Origin: Lama guanicoe | Lineage: Eukaryota | NCBI GenBank assembly: GCA_013239625.1 | Contig: MU054187.1 | Location: forward strand, 21,517,280 to 21,581,279 | Direction of reading: 5' to 3' | Length of the DNA stretch: 64,000 bases | Shown: piece by piece, positions 25,246 to 38,700 of the stretch | How the letters are laid out: the number at the start of each line of letters is the position of its first letter | Position numbering within the stretch: position 1 is the first letter of the stretch | Notes under the pieces: generated by a model | Databases searched by the model: none | What the model was told of the DNA's origin: nothing | The model's input: the letters and a program-made list of their open reading frames with translations, nothing else | Position numbers and translations under genes: made by a program

Positions 25246-26247
25246 TTTCTATTGTCCTCTTTAAATTCATTCATTTAATTATTTAACACTAATGTTTCCA
25301 CGCCTATCTAGGTATGGTATAAATTAGGTCAGAATTAAATTAATAATAAAAGCCCACCACTCTGCCACCCCCACCCCGTCTCTGCCAGTTGTTTGGGGGC
25401 GGGAGGTCCCAGGAAGTGGATCATGTCTGATTACATGCTCCTGCTGCCTCTCCCCCCACCCCGAGCTGCTCTCCCCTGAGAGTCTTTGCTGCTGCTTCTT
25501 GTGATAGAACACTGCTCTCTGCCAATAAGGCTGTCTTTTCTGCACCCAAAGATGCAACACCCACAAGGTGCTTCTGGAATGTAACCCCTTCAGGTCTCCG
25601 TGTGAAACCACACCAGGTTCTACAGTAAAGCTGGGAGAATGATGCCCCTCTCTCTGGCTCCACGTTGGAAGTTGTTACCCAGAGCATCATGAAGCCTGAA
25701 GGCACAAAATCCCTGAAGCCCAACAGCTCGAGAAAAGCAACCACTTGAGCTGGTGCCTGAATATTTGCAACATCTCCCTGCTTCTGCCTTTGTTTATTTC
25801 ACATTGCTCTCCGAGCAGCAGCCAGTTTGGTCCTGTTAAAGCTTAAGCCAGGCCATGTCATTCTGTTTTAAACTCTCCATTAGGTGCCCACTTCACAGAA
25901 ACATATGTCCTTACAGTGATCTGCAAAGCCCTGTGCTATCTGCTCCCTGTGCCCTCTCTGACCTGGCTCCAAGTTCTCTCCCACTCAGCCCACAGCAGCT
26001 AAACTGGCCTCCAGACACACACCGTTCAGCTCCTGCCTCACACCTTGGTATTTGAAGCACCTTGGAATTTGGAAAACAGGAAACTGGAGCCCAAATCATA
26101 AAGGGCTATGATTCTGTGCTAAATGTTTGAAGTTTATCCCATAAATTGCATGTAAATAAATTGGGCATTGCCTGTACCTAAGAGAGAATTAGGATGCAAT
26201 GCAGCCAACCGAGTGGTCTGATGCAAATTTTTCTGGGGTGACATAGA

Positions 26248-26607
26248 AGTAGTTTCCAGATTTAGCAAATAAAAATACAGAATACCAGTTAAATTTGGAT
26301 TTCAGATAAACAATGAATAATTTTCAAATATAATTGTGTCCTAAATATTACATGGGACACACTTATAACAAACAACAAAAAAAAAAAAATAGAGGAGGGT
26401 GTAGCTCAGTGGTAGAGCGTGTGCTTAGCATGCACAAGGTCCTGGGTTCGATCCCCAATGCCTTCACTAAAGTAAATAAACCTAATGATCTCCCCCTCAA
26501 CAAAATTAAAGAATAAATAAAAAATAAATCAAGGTTTAAAAAATGATTTGTGACTTATCTAGAATTCAGATTCAGCTGAGCTGCCTGTAATTTACCTGGC
26601 AGCACTC
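26248..26607. mobile_element. MER53-like palindromic hAT MITE, split by a SINE
   Basis: Left arm ccagatttagcaaataaaaatacag..ccagttaaatttggatttcagataaacaatgaataa; right arm ttatctagaattcagattcagctg..cctgtaatttacctggcagc. Confidence 0.8.
26391..26540 (+). mobile_element. tRNA-Ala-derived SINE (camelid vic-1-like)
   Basis: gagggtgtagctcagtggtagagcgtgtgcttagcatgcacaaggtcctgggttcgatcccc plus taaataaacctaat tail; homologous to the 12345 copy. Confidence 0.9.
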
Positions 26608-27299
26608 CATGGAAATAGATTGGAATACTGACCTTTCGCACGTTACTTCCTTTCAGCCTCTGTATTGTTATCTATGAAAATGGAATAATAATACCCCACT
26701 AATAGGCCTCTGGTAAGGGCTGAATGAGATAATTCCTGAATCGCACTTAACAAAGTCTCGACGCAACTGAAGAAGTAAATTGCAGCTTTAGTTATCATTA
26801 TTGGCATTATCATTATTTCATTTTGCAGGTGAAGCTTTCAATAAAACATTGCAGCATTTATAGCAACACAATTTTCATATGGAACTTTGTGTCTTTAAAG
26901 TCTTTAGAGATTCAAATTTGTTTAAAATCACTTCTTATCTGATAAGAAAGCCTTCAGGAAACAAATGTAATATTCTGGGAAGAATCATACTTTGCTTTCA
27001 TCTTGTTAAATTTTCCTTTGATTTTTATACTTGCTGCCTTATTCAATTCAAAAGAATCCCTTTACAAGTCCTTTTATGATTTTTTTTTGGAAAAGATAAC
27101 AGTGACTGTAGCCCGTGGTGATATATGGCTTTTATTTTCATTTTTGATATAGATTTGTTCTCTGGCTCAGTGATCTGGCCACCAATTTAATAGCAGATGG
27201 TCAATTGTGGTTTTAAAGAACCTGAGCATGTGAGAAGCCTGATATATCACATTTTCTATGGTCATCCAGCCACCTATTCAGTAAAACACCAATAAATTT

Positions 27300-27800
27300 T
27301 GTCAACTGAAATAAATGCACAGCCTAAAAGATGAGAGTCATGTTTTATTTGGCGGACATTTCTGAGGACTCGAACCCCTTCAAGCCTGGAATGACAGCCT
27401 CTCGGATCTCCCTGAGGGGCTGCTCCGAGGAGGTAAGGGCGGAGCTAGGATGTACAGGAGCTTTACAACAAAGACCGGGTAGTTGTTGGAACATTAAAAG
27501 ATCACTTGTTAACTGAAGAAAACCAGGCATCTCAAGTTAAAGAACTTAGTGCTTTTCTGTGTATGGGAGGGAGCAGACATTTGGGCTCATTGAATTCATT
27601 CCTTTGACAAGCACCTAGCAGTCCAGGGCCAGTGTCCTGTCCTTTCTTGTTCTGAGTCCCCTCAGGGGGCACCACTGTGAGTGGCTACAGAGGCCGGGCT
27701 GCAGGCTTGTCTTCACTGGGGGGTGGCGGCAGCCGCTGATGACTCGATGGCTTCAGCGTTCTTTGTTTACTAATACGGCTTGTGGTATTTTTCATTCACA
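27300..27800 (-). mobile_element. Complete solo LTR (501 bp), ERV1-type
   Basis: TG 27300 ... CA 27800, flanked by exact 4-bp TSD ATTT; tttatt (minus-strand AATAAA) near 27344; several CpGs retained. Confidence 0.85.
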
Positions 27801-27825
27801 ATTTTTAAATGAAATAGTGGAAACT

Positions 27826-28051
27826 TGCAGATACTAACTCATATCCATAAAATAGATAAACAAGTTTCTAGTGCACAGCGCAGGGAACTACTTTCAGCAT
27901 CTTGTAGTAACCTGTGGTGAAGAAGAGTGTGTGCATGTCCCTGTAAGACTGAAAGTGCTGTGCTGTACACCAGAAGTTGGCACAACATTGTAAACTGCCT
28001 ATATACCACAATAATAAAATTTAAACAAGAAAAGGAATAGAAAATTTTTAA
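27826..28051 (+). mobile_element. 5'-truncated L1 3' tail
   Basis: taaaatagataaacaag..cacagcgcagggaacta..tgtgctgtacaccagaag..; exact 14-bp TSD aaatagtggaaact 27812-27825 / 28052-28065. Confidence 0.9.
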
Positions 28052-28444
28052 AAATAGTGGAAACTCAGTAGTGTGCCAGGTATTATTAGTTGCTGAAGAG
28101 TCAAAGAACAAGGCAGAGTGGCTTCTGACTCTGTAGCTCTCTCACTGGGCAGAAGAGGGAAGTGTTGCAGCCGGAAGAAACAAACAGGTATTAACAAATC
28201 AGTGTGATAAGTGCAGGTGTCACATGCATCTCGACAGTAGAAGATGGGAAGTGAAATGACACAGCAAAGGAATCTGAACAGACTTCACAAAGGTTGTGAC
28301 CTTCCCTTTTGGTTCTTAAAGAATGAAAAAGCAAATACAAGCAAAACAAAGGCTTAGATGACATCACCAGCAGAGAACAGAACATACCAAGAGCAAAGGC
28401 TTGAAAGACTTTGGTGTCTATTGAGAACTTGGTTGATGCATTTG

Positions 28445-28640
28445 GCTAAAGCAGGGCTTCTCTGTGGGTGGTTCCGGGACCAGCCACATCATATCATGTG
28501 GAAACTTGTTAGAAATGCAAATTCTCAGGCTCTAACTCAGACTCAGTGAATCAGAAAATCTGGGGGTGAATCTCAGCAACCTGTGTATTAACAAGCCTTC
28601 CAGGTGATTCTGATGCCTACAGTTTGAAAATCTCTGGACT
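28445..28640. mobile_element. MER5A hAT-Charlie MITE
   Basis: ggaaacttgttagaaatgcaaattctcagg...gaatcagaaaatctggggg...ttaacaagccttccaggtgattctgatg. Confidence 0.85.
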
Positions 28641-28829
28641 ACAGCAATAGGGTTTTCAAATCTGGGTGCACGTAGAATCACCAAGGTGCTCTTTTATAAA
28701 TATCAATGACAGGGGCTTCAAGCTGTAACAATTAAATTGGCATATTTGGGGATGGGGCCCAAGCAAAAGTCCAAAGATGTTTACGTGTGTAGCAAGAGAT
28801 AGATAGACTTTGATAGATAGAGCACATGG

Positions 28830-29400
28830 TACATGAAGAAGAAAGGGTGAATAGAAACTTTACCAAAGAAGAAATAAGTGCATGAAAACTCACTTAAAAC
28901 CATTAGTATTCAGGAAAATACAAATTAAAACAATAAAGTAACACTGAACATCCCCCAGAATGGCCAAAAATGACACATAGGATCAAATGTTGGCAAAGAT
29001 GTGGAGCCCTGAAACTCTCCAGCATGGCGGGTAGGCAGATACAATGTTACAACCATTTAGAAATGTCTGGCAATTTCTTCTAAAACTAGACATAATGCGT
29101 CAGCAATTCAACTCTTCAGCATTCAAGAGAAATGAAAGTATGTGTCTAGGAAGTACTTGTACAAGAAAGTTTTAGCAGTTCCGCTCATAGTATCCTCAAA
29201 CTAGAAACACTCCATCAGTTGGAAAATGGATAGACCAACTGTGGTCTATTCGTACAACAGATAGTACTCAGTAATGAAAGAGAACAAACTATTGATACAT
29301 GCAACGATGTGGACAAATCTTAGGGACATTATGCTGAGTGAGAGAAGCCTTGTACAAAAGAGTACAATATTGTGGGATTGCATTTAAATGAACAAAATTT
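28830..29400 (+). mobile_element. Old L1 (L1M-type) ORF2 end / 3' region
   Basis: attcaggaaaatacaaattaaaacaata..aaatgttggcaaagatgtggag..cagcaattcaactc..acatgcaacgatgtggacaaatctt..attatgctgagtga. Confidence 0.85.
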
Positions 29401-31197
29401 GCCTGAAGGGTGAGAGCTGGGGGCAGGGATTGACTTTCCTGGAATGTCATTCTCTTCTTCATCCTGGGGAACATCCATTTTTATTTCAATATTCAGCTCT
29501 ATCTAACACCAAACCCTCTAGAAACCTTCCTGATATTCCTAGTTAGAATTAGGGGTGTCCTCTGTAACCCGCATAAACCCTGTTAGGCCAATCACTTCAT
29601 TGCTGCTACGACCTTTTGAAAATGTCCATCGCCTGCTAGCCTAAAAACCCTTGCAAGCTGGATGGTCTCTGGTCTTGGAGCCCTCATGCACAGCCCAGTC
29701 TTCAGCGTCCAGGAGGACACATGGAGATGGGCGAGGTGGGTGGAACAGAGGGACACTGGATTACTTGACAGTACTGACCCGTTATCTCACCCTCCTTCTA
29801 CATGCGCTTCCTCCATCCTTGAAAATCCTTCCCCCCTCGTTATCTCATCTGACTGGCCAGCACGTGCTGTTTCTTCAAGACCAGTGTCACATGTCATGAA
29901 TCCATCCCTGAACAAGGCCCCCAGTCTGTCCCAGACACAATTGACTTTGCTTCTTTCTTAGGCCACACCGTACATGTCCCATCGCACTTAACTCGCTCTA
30001 TTGTAATTAGTGTGATTTCCCTTCTTTCTGGCTCACTGGCTTGTGAATTTCTCAGGGCTTATTTTATTTGGTATTTTTCCTTAGTGTGGTGCTTAGCACA
30101 TGTTAATGCTAATGAATGTTTGTTAAAGAAAGAGAGAAAAGTGTCCTCAGATGACCTCAAACTAGGAGCCCTCTTCTCATTTTTAAGTGCATTTTAAGTG
30201 TGTATTGTAATCAGATGGTGTTCTAAATATTACGTGTGTGTGCATGCCCTCTGTGATTTAGAGCATTATTATACTAAGCGGAGGAACAAAGAGTTTTCAT
30301 TACGACTTATCCACTAGGTCATTCAGGCAGCAGCCTGCATCTTAAAGGCACTGAGGAGGAACAACAGAAGGAGGCTTAAAGCCAGTACATCAAAGTCAAC
30401 ACAGCAGTATTGACTTGCTCGTGTTGATTTTTGGTGATTCTGTATTACTACCTTCCATGAGGGATAAAAATGCAAATTTTAAGTAACCTCAATTTAGTTA
30501 GCAGAGTTAGAAGACCAAATTATAAAACAAACCAGAAAATAAGCTGCCTCATCTGCAATTTAAGCCCCAAAAGTGCACAAAAAAAAAAAACAAAAATCAC
30601 AAGTTCAGAAGAATAAAACTTCAGAGAATTTAAAACTAAAGTCTGCCCATAAATACATGCTAGATGCGGGGATTCTAACTGCAACAGGAGGGCAATTGGG
30701 TGTTTAAAAGTGGGCTTTAGAGCCAAGGGATTTTGAGATGTGAAAACTATTTCAGGAGACAAGCAATTTCCAAACTGCCTCCAATAATGTTAAGAGGCAG
30801 AATAATACATCCAGAGTGCACACCTAAACAAAATAAAATCTTTTCACAATCCCAGAGTCTCTATACAGAGAGGAAACAAAAGAGGAAGAGAATAGAGAGG
30901 TTCTGAAGTCCTTCAGAAATAAGAGGCCATCCAAAAATAAGCCTTAAATATATTTAAAAAATAGAGGGACAGAGCTACTTTTCTAGGAACGCTGTAATGT
31001 ACTAGAGGAAATAGAGCAATCTGAAGTATTAATGCTGTCAGATTTCAAAAGGCTAGTTATGAAAATTGTCGGAGAAATAAAACAACCCTGCCAACAAAAA
31101 AGACCCTAGGCTGCCAATATAGAACAGAACGTGGAATTTCTTGAGCAAACATGCACACATGTACATGCATGTGAGGAGCACACCAAAGTGACCACAA

Positions 31198-31696
31198 CGT
31201 TAACGGTAAAGAAAAATCGCACTGGATAGGGTTAAACAGGCAAGAAAGACTTTATTCAAGACCATGGCAGCAGGGGTCGAGACTGTTACAGTGGAGGAGA
31301 GAGTTGGAACTCAACTCTGTTGAAACCAGAAGCAGCAAAGAGTTTAAGTGCTGGGACTCACTGGGGGTGGGGGTGGGGGTTGGTCAAGGTGATTAGAACA
31401 TCTGTGTTTGCTAACTGTCACTCCTCTAAGTTAGGCCCTGACCCTTCCGCAGAGACTGAGCGATAGGGGGCCCTATTTTCCTCGATGGTTACATTTCAAA
31501 GGGGTGGCATCCAGGTCCTTGAGAAAGAAATACCTAAACTGTGCAACTGGCAGGGGGCTGGGCTGGGAGATTTACACCTCAAAGGGGCAGAGAAAGAATT
31601 TATACCTCCAAGTTCTCTAAAGTAAATGCTCTCAGAAATGGAGGCCCTGGGCTTAATAGACAGGAAGAAAGTTAAGACAAGCTGTCTTGCTCATCA
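31198..31696 (-). mobile_element. ERV1-like solo LTR (same family as 9455-10081)
   Basis: Shared blocks with the 9455 element; tttatt at 31251. Confidence 0.7.
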
Positions 31697-31823
31697 GAAC
31701 AAAATCTCACACATTTTGGACATCAGTCATCTCCCCAAGAGACAAAGCATTGAACCTCATGACAGTCTCCTTTGTAGATTCTAAGGGATCTCAAAGCTAA
31801 TTCCAGAGCTATGCTTTTACGTA

Positions 31824-32461
31824 TGTCAAGTTAAAACCAAATATGGACTTAGTAAGGAGATGCTTTCTTTGAAAAGGATTATTGGAAGGGAGGATGGGAC
31901 TACTGCAGTAGACAGTCCTGACCATAAAATCTGCAAGCGTCTCAAGAGTTAAGCCAAAAAAGTTTTTCTTTGTACAGAGAGGGGTTAAAAAGGCTAGAAG
32001 GACCTGAATGTTGGGAAGTGGGGTGAAGGCGTGGCACATTGAGTAGTACATCATATCTGTAATGTTTTATCTTGGGGCCAGCCTGTTTTCCAGGAGAGAC
32101 CCTTTTGGAGATGAGGTATATCAGCTCAGGCTGATGGTGAGCCAAAGTTCAGAGTCCTGGAAGGGGAGAAGTTGACCCAAAGTATGGTTAACATGTATTT
32201 TGTTCTCATTCATCAGCAGGGATAAAATAGTTCAGTTCATTGTGTATGGGACCAAGAATAGGAATTTGGAGGGTCTGTGTCTAGCTGTGTCACAGATGAA
32301 CAAGGAAGCATCAAGTGGTCTTGTCAGAGTTGTAGCCAAAGGATTGTTCTTTGCAGTAAGATTTTTCCGAAACACAAAGGGTGGAGTTGGAGGTGGGGGG
32401 TGGGGCTTAAGCCTCACTGTTTTTTAGGATCACAGGGCTCAGGTAAAATTCAACATTATCA
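31824..32461 (-). mobile_element. LTR-like element
   Basis: TG 31824 ... CA 32461 with near-TSD cgta/ctta; LTR-like composition. Family and strand tentative. Confidence 0.55.
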
Positions 32462-34270
32462 CTTATCTTGAGGTTATTTGGCTCTTGATCCTGGAGATAT
32501 CTCTACACTGTAAACATTACAGAGTGGGATTAATCCCCAATAAGACTTATTTCTTTATCAAAAGTTAGAGGAAGGACCCAGATTTACTAGACCTCCACAC
32601 AGACACTCTGTAAGAAAAGTGGTCTGGGGAATTTGGTCTCTTTGTCCTTTTCAAATAGAGAAAACATTTTCACTTACCCTTACGAAGTGCAGATGTAAGT
32701 TTAGAAATTCAGTTCAAAGAAGGGTTATTTCAGTTTCATTTGTAGATGGACAAGCCTTTTAACAGTGGGAGGACCTTAAGCAAATCACTGACACTCTGAG
32801 ACTTACTCCCACATCTGTTAAAGGAAGTTTTTGCAAGTTATTGAGAGGAATAAATCAGATCGTGTTCATAAAAATCCCTGCTAAGAGTATCTGTGCATGG
32901 CAAACTTAATCTCTCCCCCTAAGTGACAAAGTTTAGTGGAAGTAATAGTTGTAGGAAATTTTAATAACTTGGAAAAGAAAAAAATGTAAATGATTTGATT
33001 TTGGTGTTATTACACATTCCCTTGTAATTTTGTCTTAAAATTTCAGTGTATTTTATTAGCCATCTTATGTCACACATCAAGATTCTTTTTTTTTTTTGAG
33101 ATAATCTCTGTTGAACTGAGATAGAGAGGTTTGTAGATAGAACCACTTGAAATCTCTGAGAAAAGTTACAGTGATTTTAAATTTGGAAAAAGTTATTTTC
33201 ATTTCTATGGGGATAGATACTAAGAAGAAATGAAGTGGCCAAGAAATAAGAAGGTGCATACTTACTCTGTTTTGGAAGAAGGATGTGTCTTATTATTTAC
33301 TTAGTCATGCATATTTACTCTTGCCAAATTCTAGGTTTTGATGGTTTAGTCTTTGGGTCTTACTCTATCCCCACCACCCGTCACCCAACCCTTGCCGTTG
33401 GAACTTGGGTCCCTCACATTGATCTGAATACAAGGGTCATTTACGGGCAGGGATTCCCATTCAAGTGTTCAATCCCATACAACACACATATAAGGAGTTC
33501 TGTATGTGGAACAGAGCTGTCATATTCTGACTGCCTAGGAGGTAACTCCCAATGTTCCATTAATGATGAGTAAGTTTCTACAGACCCATATTGATAACAC
33601 AGTGTTCTTATAAGAGTCCACACATGAGGTTTGCTCAGAATGCTCAGAATGCCTATTTTGTGCCAGAATGACAAAACCCATACCATAGTCCTCATGGTGT
33701 CTACCCAAATATTAACTCGGCACTCCCAGGATTCTAAGATGCAAACAGATCTTTCTCCTCTTATAAATTACTCTCAAATCCCTAGGGCTAAAAACTTGGA
33801 AAGAGGGTCCTAGTGATGTTGAGTTTTCTGCAGCAGAAGCAGTTTAGCTTAGATGTGTGTTTTTCCATTCATGCCATTTTGATTCAGGCAGCCAACAAAT
33901 ACTTATTAGATGATTCTTATGCACAGGCACCATTTTAAGCATGAGTAAAAGACAGTAAATGAGAAAGAAGAAGCCTCATTAGTGGAGGGTGGTGGGTTAA
34001 AGACACTTCACTCTCCAGTGGAAGCTTACGTTCTAGAGACATTCTAAAACATATTCTTCAAGCTGAGCATCGTCCATGAAACAAATACAATGACTGGAGT
34101 ATTAAGTTCATAGTTATTTGATTGCTCATTGTTAAGCACCCCTTCATCATTATTTAAATTTGAACTTTCCAATTAAAAGGTCTATTTGGAATTCACTGAA
34201 GGAAATTAATATGATAGATATTTAAAATAGAGGACCTATTAAGGGTGGGTAGGAATGTAAGTACAAGGTA

Positions 34271-34461
34271 GATTGTGAATCTGTAGGTTGCCTTGGATAG
34301 TATGGTCATTTTAACAGTATTGAGTCTTCTAATCCAAGAACATGATAAATCTTTCCATCTATTTGCATCATTTTCAATGCCTTTCATTAATGTCTTAAAC
34401 CTATCTAAGGAGGCAAAAGACTTGTCTTCTGAAAACTGTAAGATCCTGATGAGAGAAATTG
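34271..34461. mobile_element. L1 ORF2 fragment with internal inversion
   Basis: 34271-34398 minus encodes KGIENDANRWKDLSCSWIRRLNTVKMTILSKATYRF; 34398-34461 plus encodes NLSKEAKDLSSENCKILMREI. Both are adjacent L1 ORF2 motifs. Confidence 0.85.
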
Positions 34462-35123
34462 CACAATAGTTTTAAGAAATAAAAGTAATTAGAGGAAATG
34501 ATGTAAAGCATAAGATAACCAAAAGAAAGAATTTCATTTCTATAAGAAAATAACTTTGCAATATGTGAACACGTGTTTACGAGTATGCTCAGCAAAACTT
34601 ATTACGTATTTTGGAAAATGTTTCGGTTTTTCTGTCAGTCACTCATGAGAAGTAAATAATTCACTGATTGCCTAGTAGGTGTAGATTTGCTTCATTTGAT
34701 TTTAGAAGGATCATTTTTAACCAGAATTACCTTCAGTGTAGGAGAAACATAAAGACTCTACACATTGCATTGGTTAGAAGGGCATTTTTTAAAATCATTT
34801 TGAGTCATGAAATTTTCACCAGACTTTGTCTACATTCCCTTCCTGGTTTCTGATGCTACCTTTGTGCACCATGGCATGTAATATGCATGTTCCATTAAAT
34901 TCTCTGGGGCCTTTTCACTGCTTACTGCTTTTAGATGGGCAGTTGTGTGTCAGTGAAGACTCCAGACAATGAAGCACATAGAGTTCAGGTGAGTGTGTTC
35001 GCTGCATTTAACAACCAGCTGAAAATTAATGTCTTAAAGCTTTCCTACCTGTCTTCATATTCAAAGGATGCATGTAGAAGTAATTCACTTCACCTTATTA
35101 AATAACTGATGAAGGAAAACAGA

Positions 35124-35720
35124 TGTGGGGCATGAGGAGGGCCATGTCCCAGGCTTCAGTTGAGCCCCTGGGACGTGCCCTGCCAAGTGTGGGTCCTTGG
35201 CTTCGCGCAGGAAAAAATTCAAGAATGAGCTACAGTTGAGTAAAGGTAGATTTATTCAGAGAGATACACTGAAAGGCAGGAGAAAGGCCAAGAGGTGTGG
35301 GGGTTGGGTGCTCAGATTAAAAGTAGGTACACACTCCATAGACAGAGCGTGGGCCGTCTCCAGAGAGAGAGAGGCGCGTCGGGGCACGAGGCATGTTAGT
35401 GTTGTCAGTTTTTATGGGCTTGGTGGCTTTATATGCTAATAAGTAGCCTAGGGAAGAGGCTGGGATTCCCAGGAAGTTGGCCATTTCCCACCCTTTGACC
35501 TGTTGTGGCCAGCCTTGGGACTGCCTCGGTGCCTGTGGGCATGTTATTCACTATGTTAATACATTAAAACGAGCATATAATGAAGCTCAAGATCTGCTAG
35601 AAGTTAAATCTGTCATCATCCTGAGCCTCAAGGGCTACTGGGGGTTGAATCTTTCACCATTTTGATGTTAATTGCTGTAGCAGTCCTTGAGTGGCTGTGC
35701 TCTGCCCCCTTCCTGTCTCA
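35124..35720 (-). mobile_element. ERV-type solo LTR
   Basis: GC/CpG-richer block ending in cctgtctca; tttatt at 35251; tttttatggg (minus TATA-like) near 35408; TSD not resolved. Confidence 0.7.
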
Positions 35721-38700
35721 GAATGAATATGGGATCCCTGACACCATACTGATTTTCAGCACTAACATTACATGAATACTAAGTTTTTTTTTAATTATCA
35801 TTTTATTCTTCCAGATCTGTATGTTAGAAGTATTTCCTGTTTTCTATAATATGGAATCAATAAAACACTGGAACCTTTAGTTATATGTTATCTTTATTCT
35901 AAATCTAAAATGTTATTCACAGGTAATATTCTATATGGAAATACCAAAAGCTGTTTCTTAGATCTGTCAGGTAATTCATTCATCTAAAGTGTTAAAGTAT
36001 ATTCAAGTTATGCAAGATGATTTTCCAACATTGTATTTATTGGATAGATTAATAGACATTTCTGGAAAGGGTTAGTTAATTATAGATACTGATCTCCCAC
36101 TGTCTTTTCCAGAGGCGGTTGAATTTAGTGGCCTAAGCATTTTATGCATCAAATGACTAGCATATTTTTTTCAAGTTTTGGATTTTTTTTAATGCTCCAT
36201 ATGTAGGTGATTTATAACCAAGTATATTCTATGCATAAGACTTTACTGATTTTTTTTACAGTCTGTTTTTAAAATATTGAGTGTGATGAACTTTCAAAGC
36301 TCTTCAGAATAAAAAACCTAAAAAATAGATAAAAGACTCTGATCATTTGATAAATATCAGTGTGAGAAATTTGTGCTTGAGCAAGCAAAGAAAGTCATTA
36401 ACAGCAGTATTTCTGATGGAACTAATGTTATACCTGTTCAGGCTACACTGAGTCTAATAATCTGTGACAGAAGAAATGAGGAAGGGTTTGAAAGCATTTC
36501 ATTAAATCAGAAATGGAAAGAAAGGGGAAAATGGCTTCCTTCCATTTTATTCATAGCGCAACAGATAGGATCACAGTGGAAAAGAGATTAATTGTCTAAA
36601 TGGTGTCGACCTTTCACCATTCAGGCCCCATATTCTGGAAGTTAATTCCTAAATGCGTTTTCCTCGAATGGCACGAAGTTTGTATCCAGGCAGCGTTCGA
36701 ATTGCAAAAGGGCATCTTCAGTTCACCCCCACTCTGTGTGCCTTTGTCACCAAAGCAGTCAGGGGGCTGTGCCTGGCTGTTCCCAGTGCTTAAAACTCCC
36801 ACACATGCAAACCAGGCGGCAGTCAGCCCTTCTCTACCTCTGGATCTCCCGCCATGAACCTTTGCTATCTTTGCTCTGAACATGGAAAAAGTGCAAGCTT
36901 CAGGGTTGCCTGGGATGAAATGAACGTTCAGGCCTTTGGAAACCCGATAAGAATTCTTATCAACCGGAAACTAATAAGTATTCAGAATACCTGGTGCATA
37001 TTTGATATTTCCTATCTTGCCACAGTTTTCGGAATACATATTAATGTTCAATAACATTTCCTAAAAGCAAATTTTGCTAGCTTGTGTTCTACTGGAAATA
37101 ACATCTGCCCCTACCATTTAAAGCTATGTGAGTTGGACAAGTTGTGGAATCTTTTGAGGCTTAGTTGTCTCAAAAATGCAGAAAAACAGCTTATCTTTAA
37201 AAAGGCAGAAAGCTGAAAAAGCAGCATATAACACATATATCCTACATATATGTGTACACACATCACATACACATACACACATACACACAGGGAGAGAGAT
37301 TCTGATTTTATTACAAGTCAAAAAAATAAAAGGAGGGAAAGGAAACAATACATTTTCTATTTTCACCACCTTCCAGAAATAATAATAATATATATATATG
37401 TATATATGTCATTTCATTTATTGCCTAAAATAACTTTGGGGAGCAGGTACTTTACAAGTAACTGGTTTTAGAGAATTTCAGTAACTCCCCTAAGGTCATA
37501 ACGGATAATAAAAGCAGAATCAACATCCAACCAGGGTCTGTAAGATTCCAGTGACCTTAGATATTTTCACAAATTAGTTTTACAAATTTTATTAATGTGT
37601 GCTGTACGCTTACGATTTTTGCCGTATCAGTAAACCACCAGTTGTATTTTTAACTTAATTTTAAAAATTAAGTTGACATCTTTTTTCATTTAAAATAACT
37701 GTATTTGAGACTAAACTTTAATTCACTCCAATCAATAAAAAAGTCCTTTTTTTAAGTAAGAGAGATCCTTTAAATAAATGTAATAAAAAGACAAACTTCT
37801 TTTTAATTTAGCTTGTTTTTTTTCATATAATAAAAACCCTGTGTTCCTGCTTTTCTCAATCTCTCTCTCTCATTTAAAAAAAAAATAGACAATAATAGAG
37901 AAATGTCAGAACAAAGATGAGCAGAAACGTTCTCCTTAAAGCAATCAGAACTGGAACGCCACTAAGAAGGGCAATTTTCTCATGATGTGAGTCGCTGTCT
38001 TTAATTCATCTCCCCGGAATAATAACATCTTGGGCACCCACAGCAGTTTGTAGTTGGCTCTGGGAACACGGGGCTCAGTTGCGCTGCCCTGCACTTCATA
38101 CTTGAGATGACAACTGAATGACATTGTGATTGGCCATCACCCTCCTGCAGTCCCCCGCCTTGCACACTCTTCTGCTTGAAGTTGGCAGAAATTGTACATG
38201 CAAATTGACTTGTTCAATCACATAAGAACAGTACCCCGAATTTTACAGAATTTGATACTTCTTTTTAATCACGTGCCTAGCTTCTCACTTAAATACCTTG
38301 ACAGCACATTGTTCGTCTGAATTTTATCTGTGTGCTAAAAAGAAACAATTTTGTCCCTATAAAAATATTTAAGATCATCTCTTTTTGAAAATTCTTCTTA
38401 ACATTTACTGTAAGAAAAATGTGAATATGAACTTAAAGACCTTGAAATACCATAGTATTTTTATGACAAGTAGTAACTGTGAAAACCAATTATTTTTAAA
38501 TTTTACCCAGAATTTTAAACAGTTTTAAAATTTAAGATACGTTTTATTTCTGATCTTTGGGGCCACATTCAATCTCCATGAATACTGATGCTAAGCAAGG
38601 ACATTTTTCTTTGAACTATCTCTGTAAACATAAATTGAGTAACTATACCTGGAAGTAAATTAGTTTGAAAAAGTTCACCCATGTAATAATTTTTGTTTCC

